Below, piece after piece: positions 62,774 to 64,000 of a DNA stretch of 64,000 bases (positions within the stretch are counted from its first letter, which is position 1; every line of letters starts with the position of its first letter). The stretch is taken from assembly GCA_009103225.1 (NCBI GenBank), contig RHPI01000277.1, positions 704,074-768,073 on the forward strand. Direction: 5' to 3'. Under the pieces are notes generated by a model that searched no databases, was not told the DNA's origin, and saw only the letters and a program-made list of their open reading frames with translations. A program made the position numbers and the translations under genes. This stretch comes from Chlorokybus atmophyticus. Taxonomy: Eukaryota > Plantae > Mesostigma and Chlorokybus algae.

Positions 62774-64000
62774 CTCCTGCGTGGATGTGTGTATGTTGTT
62801 TTAAAAAGGCAGGGCTTGCAGCTACCCCGGCTGCACGGGTCGCGCATTGCTACGAGTCCACCAGCTTCCAGGCCTTTCGTGCTCAGCTTAGCGACCCCAC
62901 TGCCAGGCGCGCAATCTTTGCACCGCACGCGCAGTAGTTGTGTGTGCCCATGCATGCGATCTGTTGCGCATGGAGAGCACAACATCGCTGTGTAGTGACA
63001 GTATACTACTGAGGTAGTAGACAGCGAAGGAGTGTTCCACCTGACTTCATGAAAGGACTCCAGTCAGTCCTAGACCAGCACTCCTGGTGTGCACAAGCCG
63101 TCATCCCAGCAGTGGGAAGATGACAACCATGCACGCAAAGTTTTACTAATGCATGCATGTATGATCTCATACCAGTACTTATTTGAATGTACATGTGTGG
63201 ATACGCTGCTGTTCCTGATACTGTACTGTGCAAAGATGCGAGCAAGTTATGTGTGCGATGCTTTGCCAGAGCATATATCTCATGAGCAGGTGGCGTAACG
63301 CGGTGCAAACAACAATGCAAAGTGAGTTACATGCCTGCCTATGTGCAGCACGCAATGTGCTTATGCATGCTGCCATAAAGAGGAAACCAAACGCGGTTGC
63401 TCTCGTCGGCACACACCTCATGGCATACACCTGCTGTCAGACTTAGTACACAGAACAGCCAGAAGTGTATGTGATCAGACAACATTGACATTGATATTTA
63501 ACTCGACAATCAACATGACAAGCACAGCAGATCCACTGCCTCGTTCTGCTAGTTTTGCCCTTGCTGTGCCACACAGCCACTGCACTTGCAACCTGAGTAC
63601 TAATGCACTCCAAGTCACTTAGTGGGTTGCGCCATTTTGGTACCGCAACTGACTGACTAAATGTTGAGCTCACTGCGAAGTAGACAGTACACAATGATGT
63701 AGTGTTGTTAGTGTGCATGTTGTCTGTGATATCTGTGCGTGTGCCAAACAGCACTTCACACATCCTGTACAATCTCAACTTCCCCAGCCTGAAAGGCTCC
63801 AAAAACCCAACTGGTTGCAAGCACTCAGCGTACCAACTCGGTACTACCAAGCCAGGCCAGACCCAGCGTGGACAGAGGGGGGGGGGGCCTGGACGATGGG
63901 GATGGCAACGGCGGCAGCGGCGGCGGCGGCGTCGCTGGCCGCTGGTCTCGGCGCAGTATGGACGCAGCACCTGCTGCTGGGCGCAGCCGCTGCTGCTGCG

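Noticed and set aside
63443-64000. Minus-strand ORF at the window end
   Set aside because: Low-complexity GC-rich sequence truncated by the window; no assignable product.

Overview
This is eukaryotic, intron-rich genomic DNA, most likely from a green-lineage alga with a flagellated stage. That is inferred from a plastid-type Rieske oxygenase, a caleosin, a CASP/MARVEL-like gene and the centriole gene rotatin. Bases 1-12,000 are a nested transposon island. It holds an intact Ty1/copia element inserted into the gag of an older LTR element, two more LTR+leader units of that older family, rearranged ends of a non-coding TIR element, and a decayed RLE-type non-LTR retrotransposon. Seven spliced genes follow: PAO-family Rieske oxygenase (-), caleosin (-), NUP210/gp210 (+), a 4-TM CASP/MARVEL-like protein (+), a bacterial-type GST (+), rotatin (-) and PCID2 (+). 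A gene-free AT-richer block (~32.2-39.6 kb) contains a 1.6-kb hairpin-rich TIR element with an 8-bp TSD. The most notable observations are that TIR family, a possible self-priming signature in the LTR family, at least six homology- or frame-supported GC-AG introns, a CCGAC palindrome cluster, and pervasive alternating purine-pyrimidine intron tracts. No tRNA, rRNA or CRISPR array was recognised. Exon structures were reconstructed by eye. No database searches were run.
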